Position numbers and translations under genes: made by a program | Shown: piece by piece, positions 18,030 to 26,755 of the stretch | Layout: every line of letters starts with the position of its first letter | Position numbering within the stretch: position 1 is the stretch's first letter | The notes under the pieces: model-generated | The model's database searches: none | Told to the model about the DNA's origin: nothing | Seen by the model: the letters and a program-made list of their open reading frames with translations, nothing else | Source of the DNA: Deltaproteobacteria bacterium | Lineage (GTDB): Bacteria > Myxococcota_A > UBA9160 > SMWR01 | Direction: 5' to 3' | Assembly: GCA_032128375.1 (NCBI GenBank) | Contig: JAQBGU010000012.1 | Span: 45,900 to 109,899 of the forward strand | Length of the DNA stretch: 64,000 nucleotides

Positions 18030-18926
18030 TCAGACCCAATCCAGGCTAGGGGCGCTAAGCGGCTCGGGTTGCACCGTTGCAAGCGCCAGGCTCAGCGCGC
18101 CCAGCGCTCCGGCATACTCGGGCGTTTTCAAGAACACCGCCTCCTGCCCGCGCACCGCCGCCATCACATGCAGTACGTCGACCAACGACGAGTTGTTTCG
18201 CAGCGTGGAACCTCCGTACACGATGCGATTCACATTCACCGAAGACGCGAGACCGCCGCAGATCAATCCGATGTTTTCTCCGACCATTCCGACGACCGAG
18301 TGCGCCAGGTCATCGGGACCCGTGTGGTCCGCGATGTCAGGGTTCGCCAATTTGGCGAACGAAGCAGCGTTCAAGTCTCCGGGCAGCGGCAGTTCTCCAC
18401 TCGGATAAATGTCCGAAACCAGCAGGTCGACATTCCGCCGGTCTCCGCGAGATGCGAGTTCGATCACCTGTTCGAAGCTTGTGGCCCCTGTCAGTGCGGC
18501 CCCGAGTCCAAACAGGGTCCCACCGCCAAGTGCGGTTCCTCCCACCCGGATGACTTCATCGCCTCGTACCAGCATCGCCGACGTTCCGGTTCCCAAGGAT
18601 ACGAGCAGAAATGGCTCACGCGATTCGCGTTCTTCCCGCCGCAGCATCTCGATTGCGCCGCGCCCCCAAGCAGCGAACTCATCGGTTCTGCAGCAGGCGT
18701 GTGCAAGTTGGCCGGCGAGCAAGGCCGCCCCACCGCCCGTGAGGCCGACGCAGACGGGCGCGAGCGACTCGATCTCCGCAGCGACTCTCTCGATGGCCCG
18801 AGTCGGGATCATCCGAAACCTCGTGATCCCGTCGTCCCCCCGAATCGCGAGTTTGGCTAGCGTGGCGCCGACGTCGGCGCCCACGGCCACGTCCCGACTG
18901 TGCAAAGGATCCGCTTTCTGAATCAA
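18030..18926 (-). CDS. Type II pantothenate kinase (Fumble/CoaW-like)
   Basis: GADVGATLAKL, LTGGGA, DEFAAW, VSLGTGTS, RVGGTALGGGT, VDLLVSDIY, AASFAK, YAGALGA. Start uncertain (18926 or 18905). Confidence 0.85.
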   Translation of the reverse strand: MIQKADPLHSRDVAVGADVGATLAKLAIRGDDGITRFRMIPTRAIERVAAEIESLAPVCVGLTGGGAALLAGQLAHACCRTDEFAAWGRGAIEMLRREERESREPFLLVSLGTGTSAMLVRGDEVIRVGGTALGGGTLFGLGAALTGATSFEQVIELASRGDRRNVDLLVSDIYPSGELPLPGDLNAASFAKLANPDIADHTGPDDLAHSVVGMVGENIGLICGGLASSVNVNRIVYGGSTLRNNSSLVDVLHVMAAVRGQEAVFLKTPEYAGALGALSLALATVQPEPLSAPSLDWV

Positions 18927-18958
18927 TGGGTTAGACTTCCACCGATGGTGATCTGAGA

Positions 18959-19984
18959 ATGTATACCGCGTTCTACGGGCTTCGCGAAAAGCCCTTCTCA
19001 CTGACCCCCGATCCGCGCTTTCTATTCCTATCTGCTTCGCATCGCGAGGCATTGGCTCACGTTCTGTATGGAATCGAACAGGGTGAAGGGTTCATCGCAC
19101 TCACGGGTGAGGTGGGCACGGGAAAGACGACCCTTTGCCGGACGTTGCTGCAGAAGATCAGCGACGAAACGGAGGTCGCCTTTGTCTTCAACCCGACCCT
19201 GACCGGCGTGGAATTGCTGCGAGTCATCAGTTCCGAATTCGGGTTGCCGGTCGAAGGCTGCACGCGCGCCGACCTGGACAACCAACTCAACCAGTTTTTG
19301 CTCGATACCAACCGCGCGGGGCGTCGTGCGCTGCTGATCGTGGACGAAGCCCAAAACCTCGCGCCGGCGACTCTCGAGGAGATCAGACTGCTGTCGAACC
19401 TCGAGACTTCGACTTCCAAGTTGCTGCAGATTCTGCTGTTCGGTCAGCCGGAGCTCGACGAGATGCTGGATTCCCGCGAACTGCGTCAGCTCCGGCAGCG
19501 CATCACCGTGCGCTGGGCATTGGAACCATTGAGCGCGAGCGAAACTGGCGAGTACATCCGGCACCGGCTGCGGGTCGCCGCCCAGCGAGATTGCGACCTG
19601 TTCGACACTCGCGCGATTCGCGCGATCTGCAGGCGTTCCAACGGTATTCCCCGATTGATCAACGTGCTGTGTGATCGCGCCCTGTTGATCGGCTATGCGG
19701 ACCGCCAAACCCGGTTGGGCAAAACCGCGATCAACAAGGCCGCCGAAGAAATCATGCGGGTGCGAAGACGCATGGGCTGGCCGCGCGTTTTGTTTCCGGC
19801 GGTTTTGATCGCGGTGAGTCTCGCTGCGCTCGCCTGGTTGGGCTTCGGTTGGATCAACAAGCCACCGGCCGTATCAGCCGCGCCGCCCTCTGTACGCACG
19901 CCGGACTCTGTCGCTTTCGAGCCGCCAGATTCCACGGCGGCCATCAAAGAGCAGGTTCCAAATACACCCGAGGTGCTCCCGTGA
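18959..19984 (+). CDS. exeA: ExeA/GspA-family AAA ATPase
   Basis: MYTAFYGLREKPFSLTPDPRFLF, GEVGTGKTT, DEAQNL, FGQPEL, GIPRLINVLCDRAL. Confidence 0.9.
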   Translation: MYTAFYGLREKPFSLTPDPRFLFLSASHREALAHVLYGIEQGEGFIALTGEVGTGKTTLCRTLLQKISDETEVAFVFNPTLTGVELLRVISSEFGLPVEGCTRADLDNQLNQFLLDTNRAGRRALLIVDEAQNLAPATLEEIRLLSNLETSTSKLLQILLFGQPELDEMLDSRELRQLRQRITVRWALEPLSASETGEYIRHRLRVAAQRDCDLFDTRAIRAICRRSNGIPRLINVLCDRALLIGYADRQTRLGKTAINKAAEEIMRVRRRMGWPRVLFPAVLIAVSLAALAWLGFGWINKPPAVSAAPPSVRTPDSVAFEPPDSTAAIKEQVPNTPEVLP

Positions 19985-21054
19985 GCACGATCCTCAAAGC
20001 GCTGCAACAACTCGAAGATGAAAAGCGTGACAAACCCGAATTGACACTGGAACAACAGATCACGATGACGCGGCCGCCGGAGTCTAATCGGCGCTCGTTG
20101 ATGTTGGCGGGAAGCGCTGCCAGTAGCATCGCCGTCGCGCTAGCAGCGATGTACTTTTGGATGGCTCCAAATTCGGCGACAGACATCGAATCGGAAGCGG
20201 TCGCCGCCTCGCCAACACGTCCCAGTACTTCGCTTGTGGTACCGCCGCGTCCCAGCCCTTCGGGTTCCGCCCAGCTCGACCAATCAAGGCTCGAAGTGCC
20301 TTCGAAAGTCGCGGGATCGTTGAAGTTTTCACCGGGAGGATCGACGCAGTCACCGCGAACGGCATCGGGCACCGACTCAGAAGTCCAGGTAGTTAGGCGG
20401 CTCGCGCGAACGCCCGAGATCGAACGGCCCTCGCCGCCCGTCTCCCGAGAAAATCTCGCGCTACGCGAGCGCTACCTCGAACGGGCCAACTCGGCCGACA
20501 AGACCCGCGACCCTTCATCGGCTAGAGACGTTGTCTCGTCGCGCCTCGCCGCCCTGGCGGCAAGGTCCGCGATTGACAGCGGAACTCCATCCGGCAACAG
20601 CGGCAACGTGACACATCACGGCACTCTTCCCCAGAGTCCCCAGAGCAGCCCGCGCCCCGAGCGTAGCCGCACCCGGCCAACCGAATCGGCACGGGCTGCG
20701 ACCGTGAGCGAGCCCGCCGCCACGCAGCAATCACCGGGTAGCCCAGTCGCCCGAGCTGAACCGGTTAGCGCCGCGCCGACGCCCGCGATCGTCACTAGGC
20801 CCGCGACCGGACGCGCGGTAGAGCCCGATCACAAGGTGATCCTACGCGCGAAGCTCCCGGAGCTCAAGGTGCGTAGCACCGTCTGGCATCCGCAGGGAAG
20901 TCGTCGGGTTGCGATGGTCGAGGTCGACGCAGCAGCAGCGCTCGAGTTGAACGAGGGCGACTCGGTCGGGCCGCTCGTCGTCGAATCGATCACGCCGGGT
21001 GGCGTCGTGTTCAGCCACGACGGAGTCTCGGTGCTGCATAAAGTCGGTCGCTGA
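19981..21054 (+). CDS. exeB: ExeB/GspB-like protein
   Basis: N-terminus (M)STILKALQQLE, TM, low-complexity linker, C-terminal LNEGDSVGPLVVESITPGGVVF; GTGA overlap with exeA. Confidence 0.8.
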   Translation: MSTILKALQQLEDEKRDKPELTLEQQITMTRPPESNRRSLMLAGSAASSIAVALAAMYFWMAPNSATDIESEAVAASPTRPSTSLVVPPRPSPSGSAQLDQSRLEVPSKVAGSLKFSPGGSTQSPRTASGTDSEVQVVRRLARTPEIERPSPPVSRENLALRERYLERANSADKTRDPSSARDVVSSRLAALAARSAIDSGTPSGNSGNVTHHGTLPQSPQSSPRPERSRTRPTESARAATVSEPAATQQSPGSPVARAEPVSAAPTPAIVTRPATGRAVEPDHKVILRAKLPELKVRSTVWHPQGSRRVAMVEVDAAAALELNEGDSVGPLVVESITPGGVVFSHDGVSVLHKVGR

Positions 21055-21198
21055 CGCTGGGGGTTTCCGGAAGATCCGTGGAGCGACAGGCGAAAATTTT
21101 TCAGCAGCCTGGTTGAGAAGTGATGCGCGGCGGGGGAGCGGGGGTCGACTCGCCTTGGGCCTGCGACGATTGTTGCATCGCGTCGCTCGTTCGAAGCG

Positions 21199-22086
21199 TC
21201 AGCGTAGTTCGATCGATCCGTTTGAAGTGCGAAGCTTGACCAGCGCTCCGCCCTCGCCTAGCCGGCCCACGACTCGGCCGTTGCTTTCGCGGGTACAGCG
21301 GCACAGTGGGCGGTCGTTGTGGATCGTACCGTTATCGACGCGCACATCGATATCGCAATCGACCTGATCGGGCAGCGCCAGAACGATCCGACCGTTGCTG
21401 GTCGCAAGTTGGACACCTTCCTCGCCTACGTTGTCCACCGAAACTCGAATCGAGCCATTCGACGTGGAGGCGTCGATCGAACCGCTGTGGTCTTCGAGTT
21501 CGATCTTCCCGTTGCGCGAGCGGGCGACCAAATGCCCACAGATGTGCGAGCAGAATACCTTCGCGTTGGAGGTTGTGACATTGACGTCGCCGACGATGTC
21601 GCGCAGGAAAGCGGCGCCGTTGGAAGAGCGCGCACTGACGGGGCCTTGCACTCCAACGACATCGAGTCGGCCGTTGGAACTCGTAAGTTCGACGGAAAGG
21701 TCGCGGGGTAGACGGATCTCCAGGTTGACGCAGCCGCGTCGGTTCCATTTGCGCGGGATCTCGATGTCGAGTTCGAGCACGCCAGCGATGACAGTCGACG
21801 CCACGTGAATCTCGTCGAGCAAAAACTCGGCGCCTTCTTTCGATTCTGCCAGCGCGATCTTCGTGATCCGGACTTCGATATCGTCTCGCTCTTCGCCCCA
21901 AACCGCCGTACGCCCGTTCGAATTGTAAACGCTCAAGGAGCGGCTCTCGGTCACGTCGAGATTGAGGGTTTCCTCTCTTTCGAGACGTTCACTCCACGGG
22001 ATATTGGAGAAGAGGCTGCGAACAAAGCCGCTAAGGCCTCCTTCCGAACAGGTCTCTTCGCTTCGCTCGCGTCTCCGAGACGTCAT
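21199..22086 (-). CDS. DUF4097-family beta-strand repeat protein
   Basis: Repeated [TS]SNG turns (TSSNGR, RSSNGA, STSNGS, ATSNGR, RTSNGS). Confidence 0.8.
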   Translation of the reverse strand: MTSRRRERSEETCSEGGLSGFVRSLFSNIPWSERLEREETLNLDVTESRSLSVYNSNGRTAVWGEERDDIEVRITKIALAESKEGAEFLLDEIHVASTVIAGVLELDIEIPRKWNRRGCVNLEIRLPRDLSVELTSSNGRLDVVGVQGPVSARSSNGAAFLRDIVGDVNVTTSNAKVFCSHICGHLVARSRNGKIELEDHSGSIDASTSNGSIRVSVDNVGEEGVQLATSNGRIVLALPDQVDCDIDVRVDNGTIHNDRPLCRCTRESNGRVVGRLGEGGALVKLRTSNGSIELR

Positions 22087-22115
22087 GGATTTTTCCTCAT
22101 GCGGGCGCATGGGGT

Positions 22116-22868
22116 CTAGTGAAACTTGCGGCGCTCGTCTTGCTCGCGCTGGCGTTCAGATTCTTCGTACTTGACCGAACGCAGTTTCTGGCGCATTCGG
22201 TAGCGCTTCCACTTGTGTTTGACCTGCGAGAACGAAAGGGCGCCCGCATGTCCGGTTCTACGCATGTAGATCCATGCGACGACCACTCCCCCGAGATGGC
22301 CGATGTGACTGATGCTCTGACCGCCGCTGAACATGACGCTCATGATAAACAAGCCCGGAATCAACCAGATCGCACGAAACGCAACGGGCGGAAAGATCAG
22401 CGCGATCGTTCGGTCGGGCCAGGTCAACGAGTACGCAAGCAGCACCCCGTAAATGGCGCCCGATGCTCCGAGGGTGTGCTCGTAGATACCGATCGGGTCG
22501 AAGGGCAGCATGAAGTACGGGTAGGTCGCGATGAATATGCCGGCGCCTATGCCGCAGGTCATGTAGAAGCGCAGAAAGCGCTTGGGTCCCCACGCCATCG
22601 CCAGAGGTGTTCCGAACATCCAAAGTGAGAACATGTTCATTGCGATGTGACCGAAGCCGCTCGTACTGTGCATCCACATGTAGGTGAACGGTTGCCAGAC
22701 GTATCCCTGCTCCCAGAATTCGGCCGGAACGATGCTGCCGTATTGGTTGACTGCGACCATAACGTGTTGCGCGATGAACACCGAGAGGTTTGCGATCAAC
22801 AATTGCTTGATGATCGGCGGCGTCATCGGCGGGCCGAAGCGCATCTGTTGTTGACCTCGTCCGTACAC
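22116..22868 (-). CDS. Rhomboid family intramembrane serine protease
   Basis: WQPFTYMWMH, HIAMNM, GASGA, SHIGHLGG. Confidence 0.92.
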   Translation of the reverse strand: MYGRGQQQMRFGPPMTPPIIKQLLIANLSVFIAQHVMVAVNQYGSIVPAEFWEQGYVWQPFTYMWMHSTSGFGHIAMNMFSLWMFGTPLAMAWGPKRFLRFYMTCGIGAGIFIATYPYFMLPFDPIGIYEHTLGASGAIYGVLLAYSLTWPDRTIALIFPPVAFRAIWLIPGLFIMSVMFSGGQSISHIGHLGGVVVAWIYMRRTGHAGALSFSQVKHKWKRYRMRQKLRSVKYEESERQREQDERRKFH

Positions 22869-23122
22869 TCTTACGCGACTCCTTGGGCGGGCATGTTCAG
22901 AAGCATGTCGCCCGATCGGCGATGGGTCGACCCCCTCCGCTTCAGTCCGTTCGAACGATTTTCGCTCAATCGTCAGCCTCCGGCATCCAATGGTTATTCG
23001 TCATGACCGAACTCGCGTCGGAGTGCCGAGAGCGTTCGGTACGAGTTGGCTGAACGTGACGTCTGGAAATCTTGGCTGTCTCGAGTGGGCGGAGTGGGCG
23101 CAGAACCCAGCGGAGCCAGAAC

Positions 23123-23151
23123 AGCCTATGAACTCTAAGTGCCCGCGTCAA
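23123..23151 (-). promoter_or_regulatory. Sigma70-type promoter for the rhomboid gene
   Basis: TTGACG-17 nt-TAGGCT on the minus strand. Confidence 0.5.
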
Positions 23152-24079
23152 CGTAGTTTTTCGGGGATAATTGCTCGAGGCATCGATGGCTTTCGGGTGC
23201 GTCGAGACCCGACAGGTCGATGATCGGTAGTGTCAGGTGCAGTGCGCTCGCGAGTGTCGTGATCTTCGCCCAGCACTCATCAGCGCTCCCGACCACCAGG
23301 GATTCCGCAATTTCAGCGTCAGGGATCCAATGAAACCAAGGGTTTAGCCGGCGAAATGCGGCCAGTGAGGCCGCCAGGTCGGCGGTCTGCTGGATGCGGG
23401 TGAAGATCCACATCGAGCGGCCGATATGATCCGGGTTGCGGCCGCGTTCGCGACACGCACTGTCGAGGTGTCGTGCGGCCTCGCCGACGCGATCGGGCAG
23501 TGGCGGGAGGTTCACGTCCCAAACGTCCGCGTGTGACGCGACAACGTCGAGCATTCGTGGACCGCGAGCCGCGATCGCTATTGGGATCCGGCCCCCGGGG
23601 GGGAACGGCTGTACGGTAGCGCGGTCGAGTACGACATGACGACCCGATTGCGTGACTGCGACTCCCCGCCACAGTCCGCGAACGGCAGTCAGCATTTCGT
23701 CGAGCCACGCGATCCGCTCGCGCTGGCTCAGCTTCGACAGTCCGAAACGCTCATCACCTGGGCGATCGCCAATCGAGATGAGAAATCGCAGCCGGCCGGG
23801 ATGCAGTCTCTCTACGGTCGCAACAGACTGGGCGAGTTGCGCAGCGTTCCAATGGTGCACCAGCCTGATCGACCCGATTTCGATGCGTTCCGTCTGCCCT
23901 AGCAGCGCTGTAGTCGTCGTCCAACCGTTGAGCACATCGAACTTTCGGTCGCTGTCGAGCATCGAGATGTCGCCGTCGACGAACGCCGCGGCAAAACCGA
24001 GTTCCTCCGCGTGCTGCACCAGTGACAGCAACGTTTCCCAGCCGTGGACGTGCCACCCGAATGCCACGCCCAGCTTCAC
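23135..24079 (-). CDS. LLM-class flavin/F420-dependent oxidoreductase
   Basis: AEELGF, TERIEIG, GRLRFLISIG, IPIAIAARGPRML..ASHAD. Confidence 0.85.
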   Translation of the reverse strand: MKLGVAFGWHVHGWETLLSLVQHAEELGFAAAFVDGDISMLDSDRKFDVLNGWTTTTALLGQTERIEIGSIRLVHHWNAAQLAQSVATVERLHPGRLRFLISIGDRPGDERFGLSKLSQRERIAWLDEMLTAVRGLWRGVAVTQSGRHVVLDRATVQPFPPGGRIPIAIAARGPRMLDVVASHADVWDVNLPPLPDRVGEAARHLDSACRERGRNPDHIGRSMWIFTRIQQTADLAASLAAFRRLNPWFHWIPDAEIAESLVVGSADECWAKITTLASALHLTLPIIDLSGLDAPESHRCLEQLSPKNYVDAGT

Positions 24080-24110
24080 CGGCTAGCCGACTGCCGAGCG
24101 ACGCGGGCCG

Positions 24111-24635
24111 TCACGACCGGCCGACCCGCCGCGCCGCATGGATCAGCGCGATCGCACTTTTGGCATCCGTGAGCTCGCCACTCCAGATCATTTCGAGCGC
24201 ATCATCGAGTGGTGTCGGGATCACTTCGATGACCTCATCGTCTGCCGGACGGGCATCCACCGCAGTCAGATCGAATGCTGCATACAGGTGGATTTTCTCT
24301 CTTGCAAAGCCAGGAGAGGTCCAGATCCAGCCGAGTTTTTCGAATCGACCTGCGCGTTGGCCGACCTCTTCTTGCAATTCCCGGCGCGCTGTTTCGTCTG
24401 GTGACTCGCCCGGATCGATTTTGCCTGCCGGAACCTCTATCAGAAATCCGCCTGCCGCATGCCGGTATTGACGAATCAACAAGATTTCGCGATCCGAAAC
24501 GAACGGCACGATCGCGGCAGCGCCCGGGTGTTCGACGATGTCGAGTACGATCTCCACGCCGTTCGGCATGCGAACCTGCTCGGTGGTGACGACGACCGGG
24601 AAACCGTGCGCGATGCTCTCTTCGGGATCGTTCAT
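24111..24635 (-). CDS. NUDIX hydrolase (ADP-ribose pyrophosphatase-like)
   Basis: Nudix box GKIDPGESPDETARRELQEEVG; HPGAAAI, TSPGF, DAKS. Confidence 0.92.
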   Translation of the reverse strand: MNDPEESIAHGFPVVVTTEQVRMPNGVEIVLDIVEHPGAAAIVPFVSDREILLIRQYRHAAGGFLIEVPAGKIDPGESPDETARRELQEEVGQRAGRFEKLGWIWTSPGFAREKIHLYAAFDLTAVDARPADDEVIEVIPTPLDDALEMIWSGELTDAKSAIALIHAARRVGRS

Positions 24636-24724
24636 GAGGAGCAAAGTAGCGCGTGCGGCCGATCGCCTGCCGTCGGGTCGATTGGCCCGCCACGGGTCGG
24701 GACCGGAATGCGGAGGGTCAGACC

Positions 24725-25357
24725 TTGCAGTATCGAGAGGAACGCGGGATTGCCATTGGTTTTGGAGACGCCGGAGAGGCGCTCGAGGCGCGCTACACCG
24801 CAGCAGTGGATGCTGCATCGGGCGGCTGTGTGATCGCCGCACCCCACCCGCTCTACGGAGGCAGCATCGACTCGCCGGTGGTCGAAGAAATCGCGTTCGG
24901 GTGCCGGCAGGGAGGGCTCGCGACTCTGAGCTTCAATTGGCGCGGCGTGGGGGCCAGCGCCGGAACTCGCAGTGGTGAGCCGGAGCATGCTGACCAGGAT
25001 TACGCGGCGGCGCTCGAGCATCTGGTTGAATCCGTTTCGATGCCGATCATCGCCAGCGGCTATTCGTTCGGCGCCGCAGCCGCAATCCGTGCCTCTCGGG
25101 ACAACGCGGCGGTAAGACGACTGGTGCTTGTGGCCCCCCCGCCGAGTTTGATAGACCGTGCCGCACTCGAGGCATTCAAACGACCGGTGCTGGTGATCGT
25201 CGGGGGAATCGACTCGCTCGCGCCGGCGGCAGAGCTGAAAGAAATCGTTGCGACTCTTCCGCGCGGCAAACTCGAGGTGGTTTCCGAAGCCGACCACTTC
25301 TTCGGCGTCGGCTTGGGGACGATCAGCCGCGCGATTTCGAGCTGGCTGGCCGACTAG
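24725..25357 (+). CDS. Alpha/beta hydrolase
   Basis: PHPLYGGS, FNWRGVGAS, GYSFGA, ADHFF; TTG start after GGAGGG. Confidence 0.88.
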   Translation: MQYREERGIAIGFGDAGEALEARYTAAVDAASGGCVIAAPHPLYGGSIDSPVVEEIAFGCRQGGLATLSFNWRGVGASAGTRSGEPEHADQDYAAALEHLVESVSMPIIASGYSFGAAAAIRASRDNAAVRRLVLVAPPPSLIDRAALEAFKRPVLVIVGGIDSLAPAAELKEIVATLPRGKLEVVSEADHFFGVGLGTISRAISSWLAD

Positions 25358-25456
25358 CACTAGACTAGCTTTCGCCTGCGCGGGGAAACCTGACAGTTGT
25401 CTGACCGAAATCTGCTCGCGAAAACTGGCAGGTTGTTCTCGCGCTAACCCTAGAAC

Positions 25457-26731
25457 CTAGACGGTTGGTGCTGGGACGGCCGGCACACGCACCGTAAACT
25501 CCGCACCGCCACGCTCGGCGTTGGCGGTGGTGATCGTTCCACCAGCTTCCATCACGATACGGCGGGTGATGGCGAGTCCCAGACCGCCGGAACGCTCGGC
25601 GCGTGTCGAGTAGAACGCGGTGAAGATTTCCTCTCGGAGTTCTGGCGCGATGCCCGGTCCCTCGTCTGCGATCCGAAGCGTCACGAAATCGGCGTCGCCG
25701 TCTGCGGCGACGCGTACACTTGCCCCGGTCGGCGTGGCTTCGATGGCATTGAGCAACAGGTTCAGCACGACTTGGCGCAAACCATCGTCATCGAGCCCCA
25801 ATCGCGGCAGCCCGCGTAGGCTCGGATAATCGCAGTCGAGTTTGACACCGCGCTTGTCGGACCGGTGGCTCACCAGGGCCAGCACGGCCGTCATTGCATC
25901 CTCGAGCGATGCGCTCGCAGTGTTGGGTTGGCTGCCAGATAGGCCCGTGGGCTGAGCGTGCTGGATGATCACGTCGAGCAGCCGCTCCATGCGGCGCAGT
26001 TCATCGTTGACGAGACCCAAGAAGCCGTTGGTGAACTCCGGGTCCGCGCGGCGTTCCGGAAGCAGTTGCAGAAATGTTTTCACCGACACCAGCGGGTTTC
26101 GGATTTCGTGAGCGATCTCGGCCGTCAATTTTCCGAGTGCTGCGAGCCTGTCGAGCCGCCGTACATCGCGATCGAGCTGGCGAAATCGGCCCGCCGCCAT
26201 CGCGGCCGCGAGCGGAACTTCGAGCCGCTGAGCCGCTCCCCCAAGTGACGCGAGCAGCCTGGGACGTGCGGGTTCGGGGCCGACCAACAAGATCGCCAAG
26301 GGGGTGTGCTCTGCGCCCCTGACTACCGCAGCGGCCGAGAGTCGGTGTCGCTCTGCGATTTCAATCAAGTCAGGGGAAGCGTCGAGCCGGCTGACTGTAT
26401 CCAGTATCGACGCCTTCGAGAAATCGCCGCGGCTCGGCCCGACAGGGGAATCTCCGTCGAACGAGGCCGCCGCCACATACGGTGTCCCATCCGGACGCAG
26501 TGCCCACGCGACCGCGGTGGTTACGTGGGCGACATCCCGGATGCGCACGACAGAGTGCGTCAGCAGCGTCTGAAGATCGAGTTCGAAGGGGTCGCGCTGC
26601 GCTGTCAGTTCTCGGCCCAAGTGAACACGTTCGGCCTGCGATGGACTCCTTACAGAATCCTCCGCCTGGCCGGCTGCCGGGCCTTCTGACTGGCCCTGCG
26701 TCTGGCGATTCAACTCGTTCGGATTCCCCAT
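25457..26731 (-). CDS. Cytoplasmic sensor histidine kinase
   Basis: IAHEIRNPL, NLLLNAIEA, DEGPGI, FYST, GLGLAI. Confidence 0.9.
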   Translation of the reverse strand: MGNPNELNRQTQGQSEGPAAGQAEDSVRSPSQAERVHLGRELTAQRDPFELDLQTLLTHSVVRIRDVAHVTTAVAWALRPDGTPYVAAASFDGDSPVGPSRGDFSKASILDTVSRLDASPDLIEIAERHRLSAAAVVRGAEHTPLAILLVGPEPARPRLLASLGGAAQRLEVPLAAAMAAGRFRQLDRDVRRLDRLAALGKLTAEIAHEIRNPLVSVKTFLQLLPERRADPEFTNGFLGLVNDELRRMERLLDVIIQHAQPTGLSGSQPNTASASLEDAMTAVLALVSHRSDKRGVKLDCDYPSLRGLPRLGLDDDGLRQVVLNLLLNAIEATPTGASVRVAADGDADFVTLRIADEGPGIAPELREEIFTAFYSTRAERSGGLGLAITRRIVMEAGGTITTANAERGGAEFTVRVPAVPAPTV

Positions 26732-26755
26732 CCGATTGGGAGTTTGCCAGTAAGG

